DNA of 64,000 nucleotides from Syntrophomonadaceae bacterium (GTDB lineage: Bacteria > Bacteroidota > Ignavibacteria > Ignavibacteriales > SURF-24): NCBI GenBank assembly GCA_050259615.1, contig JBLNAZ010000056.1, forward strand, positions 1,589-65,588, in the 5' to 3' direction. The notes beneath the pieces were generated by a model. That model was not told where the DNA came from. It searched no databases and saw nothing but the letters and a program-made list of their open reading frames with translations. Below, in pieces: positions 39,613 through 48,486 of this stretch. Each line of letters begins with the position of its first letter. The first letter of the stretch is position 1. The translations under genes were made by a program, and so were the position numbers.

Positions 39613-40097
39613 CAACTGCAACTGCGGGAAAAAGAAAGATTTTTAAGTACAATCTTTCATTTTACTATCAGTCGACGATTATATATTTTATTGCTTTCCT
39701 GCTTTATGTATTCATAAAGGGGGTATTTCTCGAGGACTCATTTAAGATGATCCTTAAAGACCCGGTGATCTACTTTTTCATACTGATTGTACTGATCTCA
39801 CTTGGAAGCCTGCTCTATAACCTGTACCTGAACAGGCACATTGAAATCAGGTCTGAGGAACTGGTAATAAAAAAGGGAAACAAGACGAGAGTAGTAAAGT
39901 TTTCCGACATTATCAGCATCAAGCAGACAAAGGAAAGAAGACATTCAAGGGTAAGATCTTTCAGGATAATAAGAATCAGAGTTAAAAACAGAAGACTTCC
40001 TCTGATTATTATCCCTTATGATTATGAAAATAAAATGGAATTGTTGGATTCTATAAAAGAGTTAAGAAATAAATTCGGAAGTAAAGGAAATGTTTAA
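39609..40097 (+). CDS. Hypothetical 2-TM membrane protein with a PH-like and basic C-terminal part, embedded in the dcw cluster
   Basis: The 162-aa ORF has ATGA overlapping the murG stop and an 8-nt overlap with the murC start. Two hydrophobic helices are followed by ELVIKKGNKTRVVKFSDIISIKQ... and the Arg-rich RRHSRVRSFRIIRIRVKNRR. No family is recognised. Confidence 0.55.
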   Translation: MTTATAGKRKIFKYNLSFYYQSTIIYFIAFLLYVFIKGVFLEDSFKMILKDPVIYFFILIVLISLGSLLYNLYLNRHIEIRSEELVIKKGNKTRVVKFSDIISIKQTKERRHSRVRSFRIIRIRVKNRRLPLIIIPYDYENKMELLDSIKELRNKFGSKGNV

Positions 40098-41466
40098 GAA
40101 TATTAAGAAAGTACATTTTGTAGGCATTGGCGGAATTGGAATGAGCGGAATTGCTGAAATTCTGCTGAACCGCGGTTTTCAGATTTCAGGCTCCGACAGG
40201 GCTTTAACTGATATTACACAGAGATTAAGAGACTTAGGTGTTGAAATATATGAAGGACATTCGGCAGATAACCTTAAGGATGCCGACGTTTTGGTTTATT
40301 CATCTGCAGTCAGCATTGACAACCCCGAGGTTGCCTCTGCAATAGAAAGAAAGATCCCGATAATCAAGCGTTCGGAAATGCTTGCCGAATGCATGAGAAT
40401 GCAGTATGGCATTGGAATAGCCGGTACACACGGCAAAACAACCACAACCTCGATGGTTGGACTTGTATTGACCGAAGGAGGAATTGACCCTACTATTATC
40501 GTCGGCGGCAAGTTAAGCAGCCTTGGCGGAACAAATGCCAGGCTCGGCAAAGGTGAATTCATTGTTGTTGAGGCTGATGAGTTCGACAGAACATTCCTCA
40601 AACTGACGCCGGCAATTGCGGCACTTACCACTCTGGAAAAAGAGCACCTGGATACATACAAGGACCTGGATGACATCAAGATGGCATTTGTAGAGTTTGC
40701 CAATAAGGTCCCTTTCTACGGATTTGTTGTTCTTTGCATGGATGAACCGGCTCTGCAGGACATTCTGCCCCTGATAAATAAAAAAGTCCTTACATACGGA
40801 CTTACCTCACAGGCAGATATACGCGCCATGGATATCAGGCATAGTGAGTATTCCAGCACGTACAACGTAAAGTATAAGGGTAAAATGCTGGGCGAAATAA
40901 AGTTAAATATCCCCGGCGTACACAACATCAAGAATTCCCTTGTTGCTGTAACGATTGCTACCGAGATGGGAATCGATTTTAAGGTCATTCAAAAGTCACT
41001 CGAATCCTTCAGCGGCGTTTACAGAAGATTCGAAACAAAGTATAACAAGGAACTGCTGGTCATAGACGATTATGCACATCATCCGACGGAAGTAAACGCA
41101 ACTCTTTCAGGAGTGCGTTCAGGATGGGACAGAAGGCTTATTGCCGTATTTCAGCCGCATCTTTTTACCAGGACCAGGGACTTTGCTTTAGAATTCGGAA
41201 GGTCATTCTTAAATTCTGATATTTTCATCTGTACGGATGTTTATCCTGCAAGGGAAAAACCTATTGAAGGCATTACAGGCGAAATAATTGCACAGGCTGC
41301 AAAGAAATTCGGGCATAAGAATGTAGTTTATGTCCAGGATAAAGAGCGCATACCAGAGGTGCTGATGGAGCTGAAGAAAGACGGTGACATAATAGTTACT
41401 ATGGGTGCGGGCGACGTTTGGAAATACGGCGAAAAGTTCATTCAGCTCTTAAGTGATAACAAGTAA
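40090..41466 (+). CDS. murC: UDP-N-acetylmuramate--L-alanine ligase
   Basis: Motifs present are HFVGIGGIGMSGIAE, GIAGTHGKTTTTSM, DDYAHHPTE and FQPH..TR. Confidence 0.92.
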   Translation: MFKNIKKVHFVGIGGIGMSGIAEILLNRGFQISGSDRALTDITQRLRDLGVEIYEGHSADNLKDADVLVYSSAVSIDNPEVASAIERKIPIIKRSEMLAECMRMQYGIGIAGTHGKTTTTSMVGLVLTEGGIDPTIIVGGKLSSLGGTNARLGKGEFIVVEADEFDRTFLKLTPAIAALTTLEKEHLDTYKDLDDIKMAFVEFANKVPFYGFVVLCMDEPALQDILPLINKKVLTYGLTSQADIRAMDIRHSEYSSTYNVKYKGKMLGEIKLNIPGVHNIKNSLVAVTIATEMGIDFKVIQKSLESFSGVYRRFETKYNKELLVIDDYAHHPTEVNATLSGVRSGWDRRLIAVFQPHLFTRTRDFALEFGRSFLNSDIFICTDVYPAREKPIEGITGEIIAQAAKKFGHKNVVYVQDKERIPEVLMELKKDGDIIVTMGAGDVWKYGEKFIQLLSDNK

Positions 41467-41473
41467 CCGGAAT

Positions 41474-42253
41474 ATGAAATCAAAAAGTAAGATAACTGGT
41501 ATTCTGATTTTCGCTGCACTGTTGCTCGGGACAGTCTATTTATCGGTATCTTCTGAAAAAGAAATAAAAAATAATGTAGAAAAGATAGAAATTATAGGAA
41601 ATCACTTTTTATCTAAGCAAGAATATTTTAATTTTGCTAGGTTAAATAAATTTTCTGATTACAAATTCTTATCTTTACCAATTATAAAATCAAGATTGCA
41701 GAAGCATCCATATGTTTCTAATGCCGAAGTGAAATTCAAGGATGCAAATACAGTAGTTGTCAGACTGACGGAAAGAAATTTTGAAGCGATATTACTGAGC
41801 GACACCGGACAGTATCTTCTGTCAGACGATTTTATGTTGATACCAGTTTTTCCATTTACAAAGAATATTGATCTTCCGGTTATTGAAAATGCTCTTCCGG
41901 ATGGAAAGCTGAAGCCTCTGGCTGAACTGAAAAATGATGATACCAAGGCGGCCTTCAGAATAATTGAGGCGGCAAGAATGGTCAGCAGCGATTTATATCA
42001 GAATATCTCAGATGTCGATCTAAGAAAGGGAAAGGAAATCGTTTTAAGGATGAGAGGCCGTGATTTTCAGGTGATTCTGGGGAGAGGAAACGAAGCTTCA
42101 AAGATGGTATACTTTAGCAAGATATGGAACAAACTCAATAGAGTTAATCAGTCGGTTGATAGCTTTATCAACTACGTGGATTTAAGATTTGATAAATTAA
42201 TTTATTTAGGTACGACAAACTTAGATACTGAAGTAAAAGGTGACAAAGGATGA
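41474..42253 (+). CDS. ftsQ: Cell division protein FtsQ (POTRA domain)
   Basis: An N-terminal TM segment is followed by a POTRA-like region (IEIIGNHFLSKQEY...V.V.L.ER) in the canonical murC-ftsA slot. The start is at ATG 41474, after the murC stop. Confidence 0.7.
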   Translation: MKSKSKITGILIFAALLLGTVYLSVSSEKEIKNNVEKIEIIGNHFLSKQEYFNFARLNKFSDYKFLSLPIIKSRLQKHPYVSNAEVKFKDANTVVVRLTERNFEAILLSDTGQYLLSDDFMLIPVFPFTKNIDLPVIENALPDGKLKPLAELKNDDTKAAFRIIEAARMVSSDLYQNISDVDLRKGKEIVLRMRGRDFQVILGRGNEASKMVYFSKIWNKLNRVNQSVDSFINYVDLRFDKLIYLGTTNLDTEVKGDKG

Positions 42254-43497
42254 GGAAAAATATTATAGCCGGTCTTGATTTGGGGACTACAAAAGTTGGC
42301 GCCATTATAGCCGAAAAGTCAGAAAACACCATCGATATTCTGGGCTTCGGCGTTGCTCCTTCAGAAGGGTTAAACAGGGGCCTGGTAGCCAATATAGCCA
42401 AGACTGCCGATGCAATTAAAGCAGCCATGGAAGTTGCCAGCAACAGGGCAGGCATTGATCTTAGAATCCTTAATGTCGGAGTCGCCGGAGAACATATAAC
42501 AAGCCTTCGCCACAGAAATTATGTAACAATTAATAGTCCTGAAAGGGAAATTACAAGTGAAGATCTGGCCAGACTTGATGCTGATGTAAGAACAATTAGA
42601 ATTCCTTCAGACAGGCAGATTCTGCACATTATTCCGGAGGAGTTCTCAATTGACCATCAGGGCGGAATTGAAAATCCGATCGGAATGTGCGGATCGCGTC
42701 TTGAAGCAGTCAATCATATTGTTCTGGCTTCAATTCCCGCAATACAGAACATTAAGCGCTCTGTTGAAAGAGCAGGTTATACAGTTCAGGACTATATTTT
42801 GCAGCCGATTGCTTCCAGCTCATCCGTTCTGGAAGAGAATGAAAAGGATTTGGGAGTTGTTCTTATTGATATCGGCGGCGGAACCACTGATATTGCTGTT
42901 TTTCATAAAAAGACGATAAAACATACAAAAGTTATTGGAGTTGCAGGCAACCAGGTTACGAATGATATTCGTGAAGCACTCGGAATAGTTACGGACGACG
43001 CCGAAAAACTGAAAAAAGAGTACGGATACGCAACCGAAGGCTCCATAATCAAAGATGAAGATATTTATATTAAAGGCGTCGGTGCCAGAGGCAACGTAAA
43101 GATTCCTGTAAGCCTGCTTACACAGATTATTAGCGTAAGGATGAGAGAGTTGTTTACACTAATTGATAATGAAATCAGGCATACAGGCTTTAAGAATAAA
43201 ATAAAGGCCGGCATTGTACTTACCGGAGGCGGTTCGCTCCTGAAGGGCTGTACCGAACTTGCCGAAGAGGTTTTCGGGCTGCCTACAAGAATTGGTGTTC
43301 CGCAGGACTTAGGCAAAGGTCTTTCATCTGAAATTGAAAGCCCTGAATTTGCCACTTTGGCAGGACTGATCAGGGGTGTACCCGGTACAGGATCCAGCGA
43401 AAGTGCTGTGACTTCTGTTAAGATGAAAAAGGTGAACCAGAAAAATCCGGTTTTCGACATATTCAAGAAAGTACGCGAGTTTTTTGACGAGTTATAA
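42250..43497 (+). CDS. ftsA: Cell division protein FtsA
   Basis: The actin-like ATPase motifs are GLDLGTTKV, VLIDIGGGTTDIAVF and LTGGGSLL.G. The C-terminal amphipathic tail is ...VFDIFKKVREFFDEL. Confidence 0.92.
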   Translation: MRKNIIAGLDLGTTKVGAIIAEKSENTIDILGFGVAPSEGLNRGLVANIAKTADAIKAAMEVASNRAGIDLRILNVGVAGEHITSLRHRNYVTINSPEREITSEDLARLDADVRTIRIPSDRQILHIIPEEFSIDHQGGIENPIGMCGSRLEAVNHIVLASIPAIQNIKRSVERAGYTVQDYILQPIASSSSVLEENEKDLGVVLIDIGGGTTDIAVFHKKTIKHTKVIGVAGNQVTNDIREALGIVTDDAEKLKKEYGYATEGSIIKDEDIYIKGVGARGNVKIPVSLLTQIISVRMRELFTLIDNEIRHTGFKNKIKAGIVLTGGGSLLKGCTELAEEVFGLPTRIGVPQDLGKGLSSEIESPEFATLAGLIRGVPGTGSSESAVTSVKMKKVNQKNPVFDIFKKVREFFDEL

Positions 43498-43520
43498 TAA
43501 CCACAACAAGGAGGAAGTTT

Positions 43521-44801
43521 ATGTCATTTTTTGCAACATTGGATCGTGAAAATCCTATGTCCGCACAGCTGAAAGTAGTTGGTGTTGGCGGGGGCGGCTG
43601 TAATGCAGTTGAGAGCATGATCAAAAGAGGTCTGACCGGTGTGGAATACATAGTTGTTAATACCGATTCTCAGGTGCTCATTAAAAACAGTGCTACTCAC
43701 AAAATCCAGGTCGGCACCAGCGTTACACGCGGCCTTGGAGCGGGAGCCGATCCCAATGTAGGCAAGAAAGCTGTTGAAGAAGACCGTGAAAAGCTGACCA
43801 AGATACTTGAAGGCAGCGATATGGTCTTTATTACTGCCGGTATGGGCGGCGGCACCGGTACCGGTGGAGCTCCTATAGTTGCTTCAATTGCAAAAAGCCT
43901 GGGAGCATTAGTAGTAGGAATTGTTACCAAGCCTTTCAGATGGGAAGGTAAGAAAAGAATGATGAATGCCGAACAGGGTATCCAGGAATTAAGACAGTAT
44001 GTCGATAGCCTTATAGTAATTCCAAATGAAAGACTGTTAAATATACTCGACCCTTCAATTAGCGCTAATCAGGCTTTTGACAAGCCAAATGAAGTGCTCT
44101 ATGAGGCTACACGCGGAATTGCCGACATTATTACAATCGGCGGTATCATCAATGTGGACTTTGCAGACGTACGCTCGGTAATGAGCCAGAGCGGTGAAGC
44201 CTTAATGGGCTGCGGTATTGCAAGCGGTGAAAACCGGGCTATTGAAGCTGCTCAGAAGGCAATCTCATCCCCGTTACTTGAAGGCGTAAGCATTAAAGGG
44301 GCTAAGAATATTCTTCTTAATGTAACCGGCTCAAGCGCACTTACCATGCACGAGATCGATGAAGGCAACAAGGTGATTTATGATGCCGCAGGCGAAGAAG
44401 CTAACGTCATTTTCGGCTGGGTGAACAAAGAAGAAATGAATGAATATGTTTCCTACACCGTAATTGCAACCGGCTTCGACAGCAACAGAAAACAGAAGGA
44501 AACAGCTACTCAGGCTGCAAAACCACAGCCGGCTTCTTCTTTTTCATTCGGGGGCTACAGCAGGCAGGAAAATGCACAGAATGAGTTCAAATTTACAAAT
44601 ACAGAAGATCTGGATATTCCTACTATTTTCCGTGTTAAAGGTTCAAAGTCGGTGGCTTTGCCTGAAGAAGAGCAGGTACCTCAGAGTGGATTTACAATTG
44701 ATAAAATAGCTAACTATCAGCCTGAAGATAAAAGAAAACAGGTTGAAGATGATAGAGATGACGATGAAAGTTCATCATTCTTAAGAATGATGATGGACTA
44801 G
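43521..44801 (+). CDS. ftsZ: Cell division protein FtsZ
   Basis: The tubulin signature GGGTGTGGAP is present, with VVGVGGGGCNAV and NTD.Q.L. A long linker precedes the C-terminal peptide ...SSSFLRMMMD. Confidence 0.95.
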   Translation: MSFFATLDRENPMSAQLKVVGVGGGGCNAVESMIKRGLTGVEYIVVNTDSQVLIKNSATHKIQVGTSVTRGLGAGADPNVGKKAVEEDREKLTKILEGSDMVFITAGMGGGTGTGGAPIVASIAKSLGALVVGIVTKPFRWEGKKRMMNAEQGIQELRQYVDSLIVIPNERLLNILDPSISANQAFDKPNEVLYEATRGIADIITIGGIINVDFADVRSVMSQSGEALMGCGIASGENRAIEAAQKAISSPLLEGVSIKGAKNILLNVTGSSALTMHEIDEGNKVIYDAAGEEANVIFGWVNKEEMNEYVSYTVIATGFDSNRKQKETATQAAKPQPASSFSFGGYSRQENAQNEFKFTNTEDLDIPTIFRVKGSKSVALPEEEQVPQSGFTIDKIANYQPEDKRKQVEDDRDDDESSSFLRMMMD

Positions 44802-44861
44802 AAATCAATTAAAAATTAAGAAGGAAAACTAAAAAGATAAAACTTAATACAAATTGAGATT

Positions 44862-44961
44862 AAAAAAGGCTGGCTGGGATTTCTCCTTGTTGTGGTGACA
44901 AAGATAAGCGAAAAATGACTCTTCCAATTCGCAAATGAAATCTGGCAGCCTTTTTTATTTT
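44862..44961. terminator. About 100-nt multi-stem element flanked by A6 and T6 between convergent ftsZ and dedA (bidirectional terminator or small RNA)
   Basis: aaaaaaggctg (44862-72) pairs with cagcctttttt (44946-56), and gatttc pairs with gaaatc inside that. Two inner hairpins are ttgt...acaa and gcgaa-N15-ttcgc. Confidence 0.35.
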
Positions 44962-44967
44962 TAAAAA

Positions 44968-45597
44968 TCAGGAAGCCTTCCTGGCAAATTTATCCATGAT
45001 TTTTTTCCGGAACAGAAGGAAAAGTAGTATTAAAACACCCAGTATAAAAGAGATCAGTACAGTGTGGTGCTGCACGCTTCCGAGCATTACCTCCCATTTA
45101 TCCCCGAAGAAGTATCCGATTGAAAGAAACCCTGCAGCCCAGATAAAAGCCCCCAGGTAAGCAAAAAGCGCAAATTCCCAAAGTTCAAGCTTACTGGTAC
45201 CCGCAATTATGGCAAAAATGTGCCTGATCCCGGGAATAAAGTAGCCTATCAGAAGAGCCCAGCGCCCCACTTTTTCGAACCAGTTATGGGCTTTTGTAAG
45301 CTTTTCTTCCGTAATATGAAGATATTTGCCGTATTTGTGAAGAACATAAAGCCCGAAAGTCCGCCCGATGGTGTAGCTTAAAGTAATTCCAACCACACTG
45401 CCCAGGTATGCAGAAAAGAAAGCAGGAAGCAGCTGCAGATCACCCTTATAAACTAAAAATCCAGTTAAAGTAAGTAATGTTTCATCAGGAACAGGCAGGC
45501 CCACGATACCAAGAACAAGCAAAATGAAAATTCCCCCGTAGCCGTAGTTACTGATCCAATATTCTATGTTTCCCATTGACTCCCCAAAAGTCCCCAA
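44968..45597 (-). CDS. DedA-family (SNARE-associated) membrane protein
   Basis: Motifs present are GLPVPDETLL...G, ...GR..G and ...F.PG.R......AG. The track start is TTG 45597; an alternative is ATG 45576, preceded by GGGGAG. Confidence 0.8.
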   Translation of the reverse strand: MGTFGESMGNIEYWISNYGYGGIFILLVLGIVGLPVPDETLLTLTGFLVYKGDLQLLPAFFSAYLGSVVGITLSYTIGRTFGLYVLHKYGKYLHITEEKLTKAHNWFEKVGRWALLIGYFIPGIRHIFAIIAGTSKLELWEFALFAYLGAFIWAAGFLSIGYFFGDKWEVMLGSVQHHTVLISFILGVLILLFLLFRKKIMDKFARKAS

Positions 45598-45601
45598 TAA
45601 A

Positions 45602-47206
45602 TCACTTGTTAAAATTATAGTAATAGAGTTTTATGTCGGGCGAAATATACTGCCGTAAAAGTATAAAATCAGCCGACCTGTTGTCATAAGTTTCATACAG
45701 AAAATACTTCCTGTAATTTGAATAGAAAAACTTGTGGAATGAAAAGCTGGATTCATCTTTCAATGCAGCAGGTATCATGTTTTTCCAATCACGATTTTTT
45801 GAAGAAACAAGCCAGACACTCTTATGGCCCTCGTAAACCGGGCGCAATAGTGACTTCAGGCTGTCCTGCCTGAATTGCGAGTCGGCAGGATCAAATGGAA
45901 TCAGAACAACGTCTGTCCTTTTGGAATAATATTCGTACATGTATCTGCAGACGCCGGCATTAAAAACTATTGCGTCGCCCTTTTTCGTATTAGCATCCAG
46001 GTACTCAACTGCCTCACGCCACGTTTCCTTGTTCGTAGTCACCAGGTTGTTTCCCCAGTTAAAAACTGACATGCCAAAAATAAGTACAAGGAGGGACATT
46101 TTCATGGTTTTTGAGGAAATATTATTCAGCCCTTTCCCAGCTAGTATAAGAAATGCTGATGAGGATGCAACGGTATATTTTACCATAAAAATAGGGGAAA
46201 GAAACTGTGAAACAACAAAAGGCAGCAGTACCGGAACCGAAAGCCATATGAAAAGGAAAAAAGCTTCATGTACATTTACAACCGAGAGCCTGTATTCAAT
46301 GTCTTCAAATTCGCCTGCAAACTTCCCCTGTGTATTGACTTTAATTACCCTGGAAATAAAAATAATTGAAAGCAGCATAAGCGGAATCATAACTGCTGCC
46401 AGAACAAGGGAACCGGAGTACTCTACTAAAGTTTCCGGAATCTGCAGAAGCGTTGCTCTTGGAATCCATAGAATTTTTTGTGCCAGGAGAAACTGCTTGT
46501 AGAAAACAAAAAACCAGGGGAGGAAAAGAAATATAGTTACTGCGTTTGCTGAAAGGAATGGAAGCAGGTTTTCCTTAAACCTTCTTTTGGAATAAAAGGC
46601 CATGGAAAAGAAATAGAAACACTCTGCCGCAAGAATAAAATAGCTGTAAACATGCGTGTGAAGAAGCAGAATGTTTGCGATAATGTAGCCTATCCAGTAG
46701 CTTTTTTTATGTGAGCTGAGACTAAGCAGCAAAAGGTACATGGAAACGGCTGTTAATAAAGTAAACAGAGCGTACATCCTGGCTTCCTGTGCAGCTTCAA
46801 TATTTATGTTGGACATGGCGAAAAGGAAAGAGGAAATTAAGGCAGCCCTTTCGTCAAAAATATACTTTGCAAGCTGGTAGACGAAATAGATAGTGAGTGT
46901 ACTGAAAACAACAGACAGCCCTCTTACAGATGCCTCGCCATAACCAAAAAATGCTGTCCAGATGTGGAGCAGAAAGTAGTATAAAGGCGGATGAAAGTCG
47001 CGGGAAGTCTGCTGAATAATATCGCCAAAGGACATCTGAGCCAGCCTGACCGAATACACCTCATCAAAAGTCAGGCTTTCAGCCCCTAAATATAAAAATC
47101 TTAATACAAATCCCGTAACAACGATTAAGGGCAGCAAAATCTTGTAGGTCTCGGGTACAATAGCTTTTGACGGCTGTAAAGTACGTAATACATCTTTCTT
47201 GATCAT
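45602..47206 (-). CDS. GT-C fold glycosyltransferase (family 39, ArnT/PMT-like)
   Basis: The 534-aa polytopic N-terminal part has the first-loop acidic motif SLTFDEVYSV and ...FHPPLYYFLLHIW, typical of ArnT/PMT_2 proteins. The C-terminal domain is soluble. Confidence 0.7.
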   Translation of the reverse strand: MIKKDVLRTLQPSKAIVPETYKILLPLIVVTGFVLRFLYLGAESLTFDEVYSVRLAQMSFGDIIQQTSRDFHPPLYYFLLHIWTAFFGYGEASVRGLSVVFSTLTIYFVYQLAKYIFDERAALISSFLFAMSNINIEAAQEARMYALFTLLTAVSMYLLLLSLSSHKKSYWIGYIIANILLLHTHVYSYFILAAECFYFFSMAFYSKRRFKENLLPFLSANAVTIFLFLPWFFVFYKQFLLAQKILWIPRATLLQIPETLVEYSGSLVLAAVMIPLMLLSIIFISRVIKVNTQGKFAGEFEDIEYRLSVVNVHEAFFLFIWLSVPVLLPFVVSQFLSPIFMVKYTVASSSAFLILAGKGLNNISSKTMKMSLLVLIFGMSVFNWGNNLVTTNKETWREAVEYLDANTKKGDAIVFNAGVCRYMYEYYSKRTDVVLIPFDPADSQFRQDSLKSLLRPVYEGHKSVWLVSSKNRDWKNMIPAALKDESSFSFHKFFYSNYRKYFLYETYDNRSADFILLRQYISPDIKLYYYNFNK

Positions 47207-47520
47207 TTAAATGACATTCTTTATTTTCCAATTCTGCTTCTTTTTTTTCTAAGCCCTGTATTTAAGTTAATATAAATAAAAAATCACCCATTGCAACCAA
47301 AAATTTCGCTCTCAAAACGGTGCAAAATGAGGAAAAATATTAGCCTTTTACGATGGGAGTTATAGTCAGTATCGAAAGTGAATAAAAGAAAGACCAACAG
47401 TTGTATAAATTTAAGTACACCTGAGGGCTGCAAAGGCTGAATATTAGTGGAAAAAGCAGAATTATTCTGGCACTCCAGTTGTTACTATCAAAGTAAGAAA
47501 ACAAATACCGGGGTCTAACA

Positions 47521-48342
47521 ATGAAACTTATGAAATATTTAACCGTATTATTTATAACAGTTTATGCATTCTTTTTAGCGGGATGCAATATAAACGATCA
47601 GAACCACTATGTTCCCCCTGCACCGCCGTCGAATGTTTATTCCGTAAACGGCGACAACAGAGTGGATATATACTGGGACTTAAGCCGTAACAAAGAGGTG
47701 TCGGGCTATAATGTTTACTACAGTTACTCCTATGACGGGAAGTATACACTTTTGGGATCTACTGAATCGGATCATTATATTGACTACGACGCAAAAAACG
47801 GCGATACGTACTACTATGCGGTTACGGCCTATGACTTCGATGGAAATGAAAGTGACTTAAGCCGGGAGGCAGTTCAAAGTACCCCCCGTCCTGAAGATTT
47901 TAATAAAGTGATCTATGATTACAGAAGATTCCCAAATAACTCAGGTTTTGAGTTTTCTTCCAATTCAGTGCTCCCGTACGATTCTAAAAATACCGACTTC
48001 TTCTTTGAAAACTTTCAGGGTAAGTTCTACCTGGATGTATGGGATGACTCAGATATAATGGATATGGGGCCGACAAGAGATATTTATGACATACAGATGG
48101 CTCCGGCGCAGGGCTGGTCTCCTACAAAAGATACAGTAGCTGTTATCGGGCATACATATGTAATCTGGACTTTTGATAACCATTATGCCAAGATCAGGAT
48201 ATCAAATATTACAAATGACAGGATTACCTTTGACTGGGCTTACCAGACAGTAGAAGGCAGCAGGATGCTCAAGGAGACGACAGGAGAAAGGAAAACCCTG
48301 AGTTTCGATGCAAAGAAGCACCATAGAATGCTGCTGAAATAA
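47521..48342 (+). CDS. Lipoprotein with an FN3-like domain plus an unknown C-terminal domain
   Basis: The lipobox is FLAGC. The FN3-like unit is PPAPPSNVYSVNGDNRVDIYW....N.EVSGYNVYYS...GDTYYYAVTAYDFDGNES. It is a paralogue of the N-terminal unit of the 19388-20371 product. Confidence 0.6.
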   Translation: MKLMKYLTVLFITVYAFFLAGCNINDQNHYVPPAPPSNVYSVNGDNRVDIYWDLSRNKEVSGYNVYYSYSYDGKYTLLGSTESDHYIDYDAKNGDTYYYAVTAYDFDGNESDLSREAVQSTPRPEDFNKVIYDYRRFPNNSGFEFSSNSVLPYDSKNTDFFFENFQGKFYLDVWDDSDIMDMGPTRDIYDIQMAPAQGWSPTKDTVAVIGHTYVIWTFDNHYAKIRISNITNDRITFDWAYQTVEGSRMLKETTGERKTLSFDAKKHHRMLLK

Positions 48343-48406
48343 GCCTTAAGCAGACATTATACGTGCAATTAAAGCTTTAAATAATTAATGCGGCTTAGAT
48401 GAAGAG

Positions 48407-48434
48407 AAAAAGCATACTTTTTAGTATGCTTTTT
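48407..48434 (+). terminator. Rho-independent terminator after the FN3 lipoprotein gene
   Basis: The stem is agcatact/agtatgct (8 bp, extendable by A-U pairs) with a tttt loop, followed by tttt. Confidence 0.65.
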
Positions 48435-48486
48435 CTATATTTGCTGTTTATATTTGGATTGATGTTTAATTTTAACGCAATTTTTA

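Noticed and set aside
40296-43466. Antisense ORFs of 90-135 aa inside murC, ftsQ and ftsA (40296-40703, 40716-40988, 41659-41946, 43065-43466).
   Set aside because: They are shadow ORFs opposite highly conserved dcw genes.
45939-46502. A 187-aa plus-strand ORF inside the GT-C glycosyltransferase gene.
   Set aside because: It is antisense to a well-supported polytopic membrane gene. It has no RBS and its composition is odd (Ser/Thr/Arg-rich).
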